The position numbers and the translations under genes are program-made. A model generated the notes under the pieces. It did not search any database. It saw only the letters and a list, made by a program, of their open reading frames with translations, and was not told where the DNA came from. Source: Octopus sinensis (lineage: Eukaryota). Taken from it: a stretch of 64,000 bases of DNA. The stretch is taken from NCBI RefSeq assembly GCF_006345805.1, contig NC_042998.1, positions 159,464,001-159,528,000 on the forward strand. Reading direction: 5' to 3'. Below are positions 23,805 to 37,225 of the stretch, piece by piece (positions within the stretch are counted from its first letter, which is position 1; the number at the start of each line of letters is the position of its first letter).

Positions 23805-23810
<6 letters not shown>
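23405..23810 (-). mobile_element. Full-length CORE-like SINE (another at 25975-26400)
   Basis: Family head, CORE-like motif and tail. Confidence 0.82.
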
Positions 23811-23839
<29 letters not shown>

Positions 23840-23902
23840 ATAAAACGGTAAGATAACAAAAGAAAGAAAGAGACCTCAATATTATGTAAATAGAGGAAAT
23901 TT

Positions 23903-25954
23903 ATCTATACAATATGTTACATTACTCGTAGTCAAGATAAACTCTGAGTTTCAGATGCCGAAGTGGAAATCCACAACACCATCTCTTCGGTTATCTGCTA
24001 TTTGAAAACGTTATGAAAAAATACCGTTAAAAATGAAGGGAAATTACTCTGTTATAACTCTGCTTTGCCTGCGTACTTATACATCGCTCGCATTTTTTCG
24101 TCATAAAAATTATATAAAAATACATAAAAATATATAAAAATATATAAAATCTTCTTGGGACATAACACAGAAAAGCATGTTCTTCCGTTTTTCTTTAGGG
24201 ACCAAAAAACGTAACAGAAATTTAGTCACATGTGGGCATGATCCGAAAATCTCTGTCCTTGTATTTAGACATGTGGTAGGGTCTAAGCTGCTTTTCCAGA
24301 TAAGCCTCTCTCCCTGTCGCATAAACCGCACCTTCCCTGCCGTTAGTATAGGGCTTACATCTGCCAAAATCTTCCATTGTATGTTATAACGACACCTTTA
24401 TCTCTTAAAGACAAATATGATTGGATAATTGTGTCGCTTTTCTTTTGTTCCAGTGCCTAAAGCTCAAATTGTGGTTATTGAACTGGCCTTGAAATTACCC
24501 TCTGTCAGGCCCACGTATTTCTTCGTCGAAACGGTGTCTTTAGTGGTTATAGAGTTTTACGGTAGCTTCATATATGATGGTCTTGGACATGCAAGCTCCA
24601 TTTAGCGGGCACAATTCTTTATTCCTGCATGAACAGCTGTTTTCTTCTTGTGTTTTTTGTATGTTATGATTGATTATGTTTTTAAAATTGGTAGTTGACT
24701 AAAACTATTTTTAAATTTTGTGTCTATTGAAGAGTTTCCTATAAGCATGGTTAACTGGAAATGTCTATCTATCAGTGCTAGGAAATATTTACCTATATTG
24801 AAGGCCACCTCGGTGAGTAAGGGGCGTAAACAGATGACCTTCCTATTTCTATTATTCCTTTTCCTTATTTTTGGGCTGGTGATAGTGTATATTTTATTTT
24901 TTCGTCTAAAACCACTATCTTTTAAAGCTTTATTATAAACTGGGGCAACGCTATTGAAGATGTCCTCATTAGATGAGAGGCTAGAAATCCTCTTACTAAT
25001 ATTTTTAACTAAATTTTTGAATACTATAGGGGGATGGCATGAACCTACATTAATATAACTTAGTCTATCATTTGGCTTCCTATAAGGCTTATAAATATTA
25101 TTATTAAGATCTAAGGAACGTCTAAGAAATTGACTAACCGTCAGGTTAGTGTCTATAGTTATACTAAGTCCGAGTGGTTCATTAACTGGATAATATCCTT
25201 CCTAAAACGATCTTGTGCTGGTCCATTTGTATTAGCTGTTAAGGCGAGGGCATCATCTTTGTAGATGGCGAAATGTTACGTTAGGGAATGTCTTACCGTA
25301 AACTCTATAACCACTAAAGACAACCGTTTCGACGAAGAAATACGTGGGCCTGACAGAGGGTAATTTCAAGGCCAGGTTTCAATAACCACACTTTGAGCTT
25401 AGGCACTGAACAAAAGAAAATCGACACAATTATCCAATTATATTTGGTCTTTAAGAGATAAAGGTTCGATTATAACATACAATGGAAGATTTTGGCCAGA
25501 TGTAAGCCCTATACTAACGGCAGCGAAAGGTGTGGTTTATGCGACATGGAGAGATTGCTTATCTGGAAAAGCAGCTTAACCCTACCACATGTCTAAATAC
25601 AAGGACAGAGCTTTTCGGATCATGCCACATGTGACTAAATTTCTGTTACGTTTTTGGTCCCCTAAAGAAAACGGATAGAACGCTTTCTGTGTTATTTCCC
25701 AAAGAAGATTTTTATATTTTTATATATTTTTTATGTATTTTTATATATTTTTATGACGAACAATGCGAGCGATGTATAAGTACGCAGGCAAAGCAGAGTT
25801 ATAACAGAGTAATTTCCCTTCATTTTTACCGGTATTTTTTCATAACGTTTTCAATAGCCAGATAACCGAAGAGATGTGTTGTGGATTTCCACTTCGGCAT
25901 CTGAAACTCAGAGTTTTATCTTGACTACCGAGTAATGTAACATATTGTATAGAT
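23903..25954 (-). mobile_element. 5'-truncated Penelope-like element with 660-bp inverted repeat arms
   Basis: The minus strand of the spacer and left arm encodes AIYKDDALA (RT), YKPYRKPND..YINVGSCHPP, CSCRNKELCPLNGAC and CLNTRTEIFGSCPHVTKFLL; 23903-24564 is inverted at 25295-25954. Confidence 0.92.
25861..25920 (+). ncRNA. Type I hammerhead-like motif, variant core CCGAAGA (inverted copy at 23936-23995)
   Basis: Stem I GAUAA/UUAUC, stem II GAUG/CAUC plus an extra U before GAAA, stem III ACUC-A-GAGU, GUU triplet; the left copy lacks one U at the cleavage site. Confidence 0.65.
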
Positions 25955-27399
25955 ATATATATATATATATTTTAATCTTTTAATCTTTTACTTGCTTCAG
26001 TAATTTGACTGTAGTCATGCTGGCACACAGCCTTAAAGGGTTTAAGTTGAAAAAATCAGCCCCGAACCTAATCTTTGTAAGCCTAGTACTTATTCGATCA
26101 GTTTTTTTTTTTTTTTGCTGAACTGCTAAGTTACATGTATATAAACACACCAACATCAGTTGTCAAGTGATAGTTGGGAGACAAACACAGACACAAAGGC
26201 CCAAACACACAAATATATATAAATATATATATTATACAATGGAATTCTTTCAGTTTCCATCTGCCAAATCCATTCACAAGGTTTTGGTCAGCACAAAGCT
26301 ACAATAGAAGACAATTGCCAAGGGTACCATGCAGTGGGACTGAACCTGGAACCATGTCACTGGAAAGCAAGCTTCTTACCATGCAGCTATGCCTGTACCA
26401 ATAAATAGATATATATATATATGGATATAATGGACACAGCCAAAACTTTTTGCACTAAGTCAACAAATGTTGGCTATGTTCATCTGTTTAAAATCTTACC
26501 TGTTGAAAATACACACTCATGATCCACTGATAAGTTGGATCTATGATTATGAATTGGATTTGGTACTTGCATATCTAAGGCAGCCTGCTAACACTTGAAG
26601 TCTACAGAGTTGTTCTATTTCACTGTGAGCTCTGTGTGATTGTACCTAGCCATTTCTGGCATCCTATATATTGATGTGCCTTGATTCTTAAGAACCCTTA
26701 TAACTAAATTTTATACATATTTATACTCTGACCAAATTTAGGTCAGTAGAGTCATATAGTACTATGTACTTGTTCTTGAGAAGTTCTGATTGTTAATTCT
26801 TAACACACACACGTGTGTTAATGTATGTGCATGTGTGTATGTTTGAAATCATGTGATGTGTGAGTATTAAATGGTTGTCACTGTCATACAAGCAATACCA
26901 TTCATATCCAGTATTCTGAGAAATCATGTCCAGCCATTGGTAAATATTGCCTTACTTAGAAACAGGTGAGGTTAGACAACAGGAAGGGTTTCAAGTCATA
27001 GAAAATTTGCCTCAATAAACTCCATCTGACCCATGCAAGTATGGAAAAGTGGGCATGAAAATAATGAGCAGTATGTTTATGTCTAAACATTCATCAAGCC
27101 CTGCCCCTGCATCCAGTCAGTTCCCATCAAGCTTTCCCCACCTCTTATCTTCCTAACATCCATCCTTCCATCACTCTTTTAACAATGGTACTATTCAGTT
27201 GTTGTAATCATACGATGGCAGAATCCGCATGTTTCATCCCCTTTGTGTGACCAGTTACTGCTCCCTCTCCCTGGAACCACCTCTTTTAACATTTCTCTTC
27301 ATTCTCAATATCATCCTTCCCCATCTTTTATTTCCACTGTTCACTCTTTTTTTCATATTCATTAATCATAGCAGATTAGGAAATATCTCAGAGAGATGG

Positions 27400-27860
27400 A
27401 TCCTAACTGGAATACTGTTCAGAGGGTTGCCCATGATGCACTTACTCTCAGTTATTAGACCCTCCAGTGCTGTCAGCACAATGAGCAATCAGCCTTTTCC
27501 AAACATCCTGATTACTTGCCTAACTTCTAGCTCCACTCAGGCCTGCCCCAACTGCCATCATGCCATCCTGGAACATACTGCACTATATCTTCGTTGGTCT
27601 TCCTCTCAGCCTGTATCATCCTTCCAGCTACCACTCCATCACAATGGTAGTATTTCTCTCCTGCAGTAATTGAAGCACATGGCCAGCAAAGCATATCTGC
27701 CTGTAAAACATATAAGTCACCATGTCCTGCACACTTCCCATACCAGCTCTTCTCATCACCTCTTCATTTCTCAATCTGTCCAGGTAAGAGATGCCCAGGA
27801 TTGAACATGGGTAGCACCAATGAAATCTGTCCAGCAATTGAGAGATCATGACCCCATACC
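27400..27860 (-). mobile_element. RTE-BovB/RTE-X-like LINE C-terminal fragment
   Basis: SILGISYLDRLRNEEVMRRAG, FAGHVL, RGRPTK motifs. Confidence 0.75.
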
Positions 27861-30659
27861 TGATCTAACCTGACCCCTTTCTATGCCTCCAATTATTTCT
27901 CCCTATCTTCCAAGCTACAATACAACATAAGACTACTATCTTTAACACCCACTTGTATCTATTGTGGACAGTACTGCTTCACCTTTTTCATCCAGTGCAT
28001 CATCTTTTTTTTTTTTATCTACCTTCAGGTGTATTAAACTGCTATTCTCCAGCCTTCCTGTACATCCACTTATCACCTCCTCCCTCTTGACCTATTTCTT
28101 TTTCCTTCTCCCTCATGCTTATATCTACCATCAACCACACCTCCACACTTGTACATCATTCACTACATTTCCCTCTACTCCCATCTCTAACCACCTGTCA
28201 CTCTCTTCTCACACTCATATGAACTTATCCATCCACTGACAGGGGTTGAACAGAATGACACAATCCAAATTAGTTCTTAGTCAGTGTTACTATCCTCCTA
28301 GATAAGTTGAAGGAAGCCATATCTTACCCATATCTTGCCCATGTCTTACTCATGTCTAATTCTGGAGTGGTTTTTATGACTGGATGCCCTTCCTAATACA
28401 AACTACTTCAACCACTTTACAGAGTGCCATAGGGGCATTTTATCATGACACTAGCAACAGAGGGGTTGCTTTGTCCCTTGCAAAACAAAAATGTCCTCTT
28501 TACTCAATGCTGTTTCTATTCTTTCAAAAGTAATGTGACTTATGTGAGAAGTGGAAGAAAAAGTAATGACTAAGAGGGTGATAAGTATGTGTGTGTGTTT
28601 GATGGGGGAAGCTGACTGATATAACTGAGAGGATGGTAAAGGTGATAGTAATGGAAGAGAGACAGTGATAGATACAACTCGCTTGTTGATAAAGCAACTG
28701 AATAGTATGAGTGGTGTGGTTGGTTAACAATGAAGATGAATGATGGTAACAAAGAGTGTGAGCTGTATAGAAATAGAGATGAGTGATGGTAAGTGACAAT
28801 GATAAATATTAATGAGGAGACATTTGAGGAATGAAACAAAGAGATATAGCTAACATTAAAGAAAGATGATGACAGGAGTAGTGAATATGGACAGATTCAG
28901 TGTTATCTCTCTTTATACATGTGTTATGATGGAAGAGAGATGGAAAGATAGAGGGGTGATAGAAGAAGAAAACCATTGTTATAAAGAGTGATGGTTAGAA
29001 GGGTTTAATAGCAACAGATAGAATGTCATCCTTTCGTATGAAGGCAGTGTTGCAAAGTGGATAAGAGAGAGGATGTGATAGATGAGAGGGTAACAAAAAG
29101 AGCTGTAGATGAAAACTGAACTGCTATACAATGAGCAAAAAGCCGACCAACCCGTGTGTGTGTACATATATGTATATATTATATATATATATAAGCACAC
29201 ACACACACATGCATACAGTTTTTGATGACAAGTCCTAACTGTAATTTTTGGCTTACATTAACATAATAACAATATCTTGTCACATTAACCAACTATTTAA
29301 TTTAAATGATTCATAATGCTTAATTGTGGTCTCTTGCTAATCCAGTAATATGCAACCGCTACAACCAATAGAATGACTTGTCTGTTAATTAGTACGCACC
29401 AATTAATTAGTCACATCACGTTCTCATTCTAATGATATTTTAGATGAAGTTGGAAACAACTACATGCTTACAAATTGTAGTCTTACTTGTATCTGGAATG
29501 AAGCAAACATGTTGTATAAAAGTTAGAAATATCATAGCAGATGTTGTGAAAAACAATGCAGTAATATCACGACTATTGCATCAAGAATTCACAGGGGTCC
29601 TCCTCGCATGACCTCAGCTGCTACACAAAATAAATAAGGGGATCATTTTAGTTGCTGTCATAGATGTGGTTATTTTAAAATTAAGTAATAATTTTCAAAC
29701 TTGATATAGTGATGTAATTTTTCACACTGAATTCAAATTTAGGATTCATTTATTCTAAAGAAAATTTAGGAAAATGTTAAGGAGGTTCAGAGTTTGATCA
29801 TTTTTAATCCAGTCAGGAAACAGAAATTAGAAGCTGGCATTTTCAGCATCATAGCTGTCTGTCAGAAATTGATAGACAGCAATAACACAGACACAAAATG
29901 ATATCACTCCTCAAAATTTATGGTGATGGTTGCAGTAGTGAACATGTCACAATGGTAAATGTGTCACAGTGGGGAACATGTCACAATCATGCAAATATAG
30001 AGTCCTTGTCACAATAAAAACAGGGCAGACTACAGCTTTGCTTGTTACTATAGAAACAGACACCAATGTGAGATTTACAGTTATGTGTATAATGGTGGTT
30101 TTTTATTGAGTAAAATGTTACAAATTTTAAGAATTAACTTTTATTAATTTATGTAAAAAAATAAATTTCATTTTCATAATAGCATACAAAATTTAGTTTA
30201 CAAATCTGAAAACAATTGAAAGAAAATTGAAATAATACAAAATCTGTGACTGCAACCCTAAAAATTCAAGTAAGGTTCATCTTTTTATGTATTCTTGTGA
30301 AATTGTTCAAAAGTATGAGGAATATTTTCCTGAATCATCTATAACTAAATAATAAAAAATTCCAGCTAAAACTTTGTCGTCTTGCTGGAAAACTAGACAT
30401 TGGAATGCTTGAGCAGCTGATTCATTTGTAATGATGAAATGCTTGTGTTCACATGTGCTCACTTCATCATTCAAATCGACATTACCTATACAGGTGCACA
30501 ATGTGTCACGTGTCAGATGCCAAAATATTCACAGAACAATGTGAAATGAAGTATTTTGCTTAAGAACACAATGCCCAGTCTGGGAATCAAAATTATGATC
30601 TCGCGATCATGAATGCAACTCCCTAACCACTAAGCCACATGTACATATATTTATATTTA

Positions 30660-30770
30660 TCTCTATATATATAAAAGGCAGTTTGTCTGTCAGGTTGTAC
30701 CCTCACCCTGACCATGGCTTTCAACCGATTCTGATGAAACTTGACACACACATAGCCCAATGTCATAGTT
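30660..30770 (+). mobile_element. Helitron/Helentron-like 5' end
   Basis: tctatatatataaaaggcag start followed by accgattctgatgaaacttgacacac, typical of non-autonomous Helitron 5' ends; abuts the truncated hAT 3' end. Confidence 0.55.
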
Positions 30771-30779
30771 ATTATTAAA

Positions 30780-33538
30780 ACATGTATTAAAAACTTTAGT
30801 TTGAATAGATTACATTTATTCTCATCAAAAACTCAATGAGAAACTTGAGCCTGGTGTTTCTTGCACAACAATTGGGTCGTATTTCTGATAGACACACACG
30901 AAGTTCATCTTCCGCAGACAGCAATTGTGCTCGCTTCTTGTGCTTGATGGTTGTCAGGACTGAAAATCCAAATTCACAGAAGTAGGAGGTTGAAAACTGC
31001 ACAAGAAGTTGCAGCACTTTCTGGGCTATTGCAGGATATTCCTTTTCAACCAGCAACCAAAATGCATTCAGGTGAAGCTCAGAATGTTTCAACTTTAATG
31101 TTCTGTCATTTAAATCACTGGCAAGTTCTTCTTCTTCTGTTAATGTGAACTGTTCTTCAAATGGCACAAATTCCACAAATGGGTTTCTAATCCAGTCATA
31201 CTGGTCAACAGATATCGATGGAAAATATTTGTCAAGATTTGTTAACAAAGTGTGTAAATGGTTCAAAATCAGTAGCACAGTTTCTTGACAATTCCTTTTA
31301 AAAGCACCTGGAAACATTTCCAAATTTCCTGCAACTATGTGCTTCTTCCATATTGTCAATTTCTTCTGAAAAGCATTTATTTTGTCAGTAGAAAACAAGA
31401 TATTTTCGTTCCTGCCCTGCATGTCATTGTTCAAGAGGAAAGCTCATGAAATATATCGGCAAGATATGCTAACTTGGAACACCAATGGTCATCACTCAAA
31501 CATTCTAAAAAGTCTTTCAGGTTTTCTTGCAAACAAAAGGTCAATAACTCTTCTCTTAATTCATAAAAACAAGACAATACTTTTCCCCTTGACAACCATC
31601 ATATTTCTGTGTGCTGGATTAAGGTGAAATGGTCTGCTTCCATACCCACACAAAGTTTCGCAAACTGTCAACATTTAAGTGGCCTCATTTTGAAGTAATT
31701 ATCTATTTTCACTACCATATCCAATGCAGATTTTAGTTCAGGTCCAAGAGTTTTAGCAACTAGTGCTTCTCTATGAATGAAACAATGAGTATGGATAATA
31801 TTTGGATTTTGTTTTTGTGTGATTAGGACAAAGCCTTTAAGACATCCTGTCATTGCAGGGGCACCATCTGTACAAATACCAACACAGTTTTTCCAGTTCA
31901 ATCCACAATACTCTAAATATGAATTTAAAACATCAAATACATCTTGTCCTTTTCTTGTTTCTGGCAACTCTTTGCAACACAGGACGTCTTCTACAATAGC
32001 TTCATCATTAATAAAATGAACAAATACAAGGAGCTGTGATTTACCAGTGATGTCTGTACTCTCAACAACTTGAAGTGCAAACAACTTATGTTTCAGTATT
32101 TTTGACTTAATATTGCACTCAATGTCTCTTGAATTATTATGAATTATTATTATTACTTATTATGTTATCAGAAAGTGGAATTTTATTTAGCTCTGATACA
32201 GCATCCTCTCCAAACATTATCCTCACTATTTCTTGGCATGCAGGTAAAATTACAGTTTTAGCGATGGTATGAGATTTCATTTTTCATGCAACTATCTCCG
32301 CCACAGCATAACTTGCTTCTTGTCCTTTGTCACTCAACTTGAACTTTTAAGCAAACATAGAAACTTGCCTTTTATTAAATGCCAATTCTCTTTTAAGATA
32401 TTGTTCCTTCTTGCCCGACAACTCTGGATGTTAGTCGTTAAGTGTCGTTTCAGTTTGGCTGGTGCCATAGCACTATTAGCCCGCTTCTCCCCAGAAACAG
32501 TACACAAAGGTGAAGAGCAGTCTGGGTTTCCAGTCCAAGTAAATCCCAGAGCTATGTAGTTTCCACAATATTGATGAACTTTTAGTTGCAAGTTAATTCC
32601 ATCATTTCTTTGTAATTTCGACGAGGCAGCATCACTGGCAGTGGCTGCAGCTTCAACAGACTGCCTCAGACCCTGCGTCTCTTCATCTGTATCTAACTTA
32701 TGTTTTTTTCAGAAATCTATCCATACTTGTAAGGCTGTAAGCAGAATTGTATATATATAAAAGCAAACCTAGTAGTGGCAGGACAAAATGATCTTTAAAG
32801 TGTAGCGAGTTTAATGATGTAAAATTTAGCCTTTTTTATTAATGTTTTTTTAGTAATAGGTATTTGATTATATTTAAACAATATGCATATAATAATAAAA
32901 CAGATTTTCGGATTTGAATTTAAAATGTCGTTTATTTTTTCATTGTTCAGAAATTTGTAAGGAATTAATATTTATGCATATTTACATATCTTATAATTTA
33001 GTATCAGTTTCCCTATTTCTTATTTTTTTTTTACATATGTAATTCAACTCTCTTTCAAATTTTTTAATCGTAACATTTGACCAAATATTAATAGATGTCA
33101 TACAAGAAAAAGATTTTACAAAAACGCCTTTTAAAAAGCTAAAGATCTTTTAAAAGGCGTATTAACAACAACACCTAAATGGCTTACACAGTTAAAATGT
33201 TTCTTCCAAATATAGTCACTCGTATTTTACAAAAGAAAATTAAACCATCATCTAAGCTGGCATGCAACTCGTAGATGTGCACGTATATGTACACACCAAG
33301 GATCAGGGTCATCTACGCTGGTGAGTAACTCGTAGTTGTACATGTCATAGGCCTACATATACACACCAAGGGTCAGGGTCATCTACACTGGCGTGCAAAT
33401 CGTAGATGTACACGTAGGCCTAACATGTACATAGATATCTGCACAGGAGAATTAAAAATTACTGTCGAGTTTAGCATTTATGTAACTTCTTGCGTAACCC
33501 CTGGACTGTACTGGCGGAACCCTGGTTGAAAATCACTG
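30780..33538 (-). mobile_element. hAT transposon (Buster/Charlie type), 3' TIR not found
   Basis: cagtgattttcaacc TIR at 33538 on the minus strand; subterminal repeats of about 80 bp at 33250-33430; transposase remnants. Confidence 0.88.
30800..32724 (-). pseudogene. hAT transposase (ZBED8/FAM200-like), disrupted
   Basis: LGFTWTG..SPLC.V.GE...SAMAPAKLKRH, FALQV.ESTDITGKSQLL, GICTDGAPAM, HCFIHREAL, FSTSYFCEFGFS, R..L..EDELRVCLS motifs. Confidence 0.9.
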
Positions 33539-33541
33539 ATA

Positions 33542-33577
<36 letters not shown>

Positions 33578-33599
33578 TGTATGTATATATACACATACA

Positions 33600-34100
33600 T
33601 ACATACATATAGATATGTTTCTTTATTAACCACACACGGCCAAACACAGAGGGACATTTTCTTTTGAAGAAAGAAAAAGGAGAAAAATGAAGAAAAAGCC
33701 AGTCGAAAGGGATTATGTATCACTGATAATATTGTAAATGTTACAAAAAAGAAAAAAAGATTAGGTTTATCAGTGGAAGGAAAAGCCTACAGAAAAGACC
33801 ACGGTAACCTCGGGCATTAATGTCCTACAAAGACACATTGCAATAAGTGACTCTCTTCTTTTCCTTTCTTTTCTTCATTCATAGGATTATGCTCATGGTG
33901 GCTCCATCATTCACACACGCCATCCTTGCTACATTCACCCATCTTTTATTGAAACATTTGCTAGACAAAACTTCCCTCTTTACTCTTACCTTCCTTTTTA
34001 AGTGATACTTGAAGAAGTTGAGGAGAGATTGACCAGATAGGAAAGTATTTGTCTCTAGGCCTTTCAGATGCATCCACCATACACACATTCTTTCACCATA
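33600..34100 (-). mobile_element. Tx1/L1-like LINE 3' end (related piece at 60690-61040)
   Basis: NFFKYHLKRKVRVKREVLSSKCFNKRW is homologous to FPLKRAIRGREVLSLSKFIEK at about 60900; T-rich 3' UTR. Clade assignment is from recall. Confidence 0.55.
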
Positions 34101-34179
34101 GCCACAAGTATGATAAAAACCATGCATACATACATATATCATACATACATACATCATACATCATACATGCATACATCAT

Positions 34180-35145
34180 CATCATTATTTACTGTCTGTT
34201 CTCCATGTTGGCATGGGTTAGACGGCTTGACTGGAGTTGGTGAGCTGGAGAGTTGCACCAGGTTCCAATCTGATCTGGCTGGAACCCTTCCTAGTACCAA
34301 TCGCTCCAACAGTATAATGGGTGCTTTTCATGTGCCACTGGCATGGGTGCAAGTTACATAACACTGGTATTGGCCACAACTACACTTTCACTTGGTTTGA
34401 CGAGTCTTCTCAAGGACAGCATATCACTAAATGTCTCGGTCACTTATCACCTCCATACGGCCCAACATTTGAGAGGTGCTCTTTACGTGCCACTGGCACA
34501 GATGTCTGTTATGTGACACTGGCATCGTCTATGACTATGGTTTCACTTGGCTTCATGGGTCTTCTTAAACACAGCATATCACCGAATGTCTCAGTCACAT
34601 GTCATTGCCTCCATGAGGCTCAATGTTCAAAGATCATGCTTCACCACCTCTTTTATGTCTTCCTGGGTCTACCTGTTCCATTGGTTCCCTCCACTGTTAG
34701 AGATCATCACTTTTTTACATAGCTGTTCTCGTCCATATGCATCACATGACCATATCAGCACAGTTGTTTCTCTTGCACACCACATCTGATGCCTCTTATG
34801 CCCAGCTTGTCTCTCAAGATGCTTACACTGTCGTACATGCACACTGACATTACACATCCGGTAAAGCATACTAGCTTCATTTCTTTCAAGCCTACTCATG
34901 TCTTCAGCTTCACAGACCATGTTTTACTGCTGAGTAGCATGATTGTACACACACAGGCATCATACAGTCTGCCTTTCACTCTGAGGGAGAGGTTATTTGT
35001 TACCAACAGAAGTAGGAGCTCTCTGAACTTTGCCCAGCCTATCCATATTCTAGCAGTTATGCTCTCAGAGCATCCACCCCCACTACTGATTTGGTCACTG
35101 AAATAGTGGAAGTTATCAACTACTTCTAGCTTTCCCCACTGGCAT
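34180..35145 (-). mobile_element. Older RTE-clade LINE 3' fragment
   Basis: EAEDMSRLERNEASMLYRMCNVSV, same family as 21966-23360, more diverged. Confidence 0.85.
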
Positions 35146-35904
35146 TATTTTCTGTACATTTTTAGTGTTTATTGTACCCATGCACCTTCCACACACAAAA
35201 ACTATTTTCCCTTACATATATACATTCATCATACATATATCATACATGTATACATACATACATACATACATACATACATACATACATACATACACACATA
35301 CATATTTATGTTTATGTTTTCCAGTTTCAGCTCTTGAGCTGTGGCCATGCTGGGGCACTGCCATATGTACACATATTTAACATATTTAATCATTATTTAT
35401 ATCATTTTGGGTCGAAACTGATGCCTAGCAGTGAAATCATTCTACCATTGATTTACATCTGTTTCATTCAGTTTCTTGAGAGAAAATTAATTAGGAGTTA
35501 AATTTGTGTTGTGAGTTGGCTGATTTTCATACTTTCTTGAATAATCATAATCTACAAAGGTACAGGAAATTAATATTCCACCAGCAAACAAAAATTGATA
35601 GATTTTCCTTAGTGTTTTCGACTTCAGTCACATCATGGCTATTGTTTATTCTTGTTGTTATAGCTTTATGCTTTGATATTAATTGGAATATACACCAACA
35701 TATACACAGACATACATATGTGTGTATGTGTGTGTGTGTGTGTGTGTAATTATTCTATTTCATTTACATTTACTTACTCTGCATTTTCTATTGAGTTCTA
35801 CATTTGATAATGTTTAACCAGTGCATAACATAAAGCCACATATGTTAAACATTGACAAGTTTATTAAATACATACTTGTATATAACTATATATTTATATG
35901 GAAA

Positions 35905-37225
35905 TGAGGAATCTAGGCTAGACGAGTGGCTTGTGAAAGTAGTATAGGCTATGTACAGAAGCTCTGCTCTTAAGGTGAAAGTTAACTATGAGTGCAGTGA
36001 TGAATTTAGTGAACATGTAGGAGTTCATCAGGGTTTGATTCTCAGCCCCCTCCTATTCATCATTGTCCTCTAGACCATAACAGAAGAATTCAAGACTGGT
36101 TGCCCCTGGGAGCTACTCTATGCTGATGATTTTGCTTTCATTGCAGATTCTGTAACAGTACTAGAAAAGAAATTCCAGGTGTGAAGCTAAACTTGAAATC
36201 AAAAGGTCTTAGCAAAGACTAAGTTTCTAGTGAGCAATGTGTGTGGAAGATGTACAGAAACAGGAATGGCTGTGTGGTAAGTAGCTTGCTTATGAACCAC
36301 ATGGTTCTGGGTTCAGTCCCACTGCATGTCACCTTGGGCATGTGTCTTCTACTATAGCCTCGGGCTGACCAAAGCCTTGTGATTGGATTTGGTAGACAGA
36401 AACTGAAAGAAGCCTGTCGTATTTATGTATACATATATATATGTATGTGTGTGTATATGTTTGTGTGTCTGTGTTTGTCCCCCAGCATCACTTGACAACC
36501 GATGCTGGTGTGTTTATGTCCCTGTAACCTAGTGGTTCAGCAAAAGAGAACGATAGAATAAGTACTGGGCTTACAAAGAATAAGTCCAGGGGTCAATTAC
36601 TTCGACTAAATGAGGTGCTCCAGCATGGCTGCAGTCAAATAACTGAAACAAGTAAAAGAGTAAAAAGAGTAAAGAGTAAACCATAATAAAAACTACAGAT
36701 ACTCAGAAAATGTATTTTCTTAAATGCCCCAGAAGCTTTTTAGAGGTAGTGGTTAATTTCTGCTACCTGAAGGATCTACTTAGCAGTAGGAGATGTTCAG
36801 AAAGTATAATCACTAGAAAAAGAATAGGATGGAAAAAATGCAGTAATCTTTTACTTCTGTTGGCAACCAAAGGTCTCTCTCTCCAAAGGAAAATTCTATG
36901 ATGTATGTATACGAACAGCAATTTTACATGGTAGTGAGAAATGGACTCTGAATGCAGAGGACATGTGAAGGTAAAGAAGAACGAAGTTAGTATGCTCCAC
37001 TGCATGTGCAATATCAGTAAATAAGTTCACCAGAGCCTTAATGCACTGTGAGAAAATTTAGGCATAAGAGGAATTAGATGCAGTGTACAAGATGTTGGTA
37101 GGGTCATGTGATGTTTATGGATGCAGACAGTTGCATAAAGAAGTACTGTGATCACTTATAGTGGATGGAACTCGCAGAAGTGGGAGACCCAGGAAGACTT
37201 GAGATGAAGTACTGAAGGTCAATCT
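35905..37225 (+). mobile_element. RTE-clade LINE RT fragment, interrupted by a SINE
   Basis: GVHQGLILSPLLFIIV, CPWELLYADD, WKKCSNLLLLLATKGLSL motifs. Confidence 0.85.
36262..36670 (+). mobile_element. Full-length CORE-like SINE nested in the LINE
   Basis: aggaatggctgtgtggtaag...gggttcagtcccac...ccttgggcat head; (agagtaa)n tail. Confidence 0.9.

Noticed and set aside
36262-36335. tRNA-like A/B boxes as tRNA genes
   Set aside because: They are SINE heads continuing into CORE-like bodies; no complete cloverleaf.
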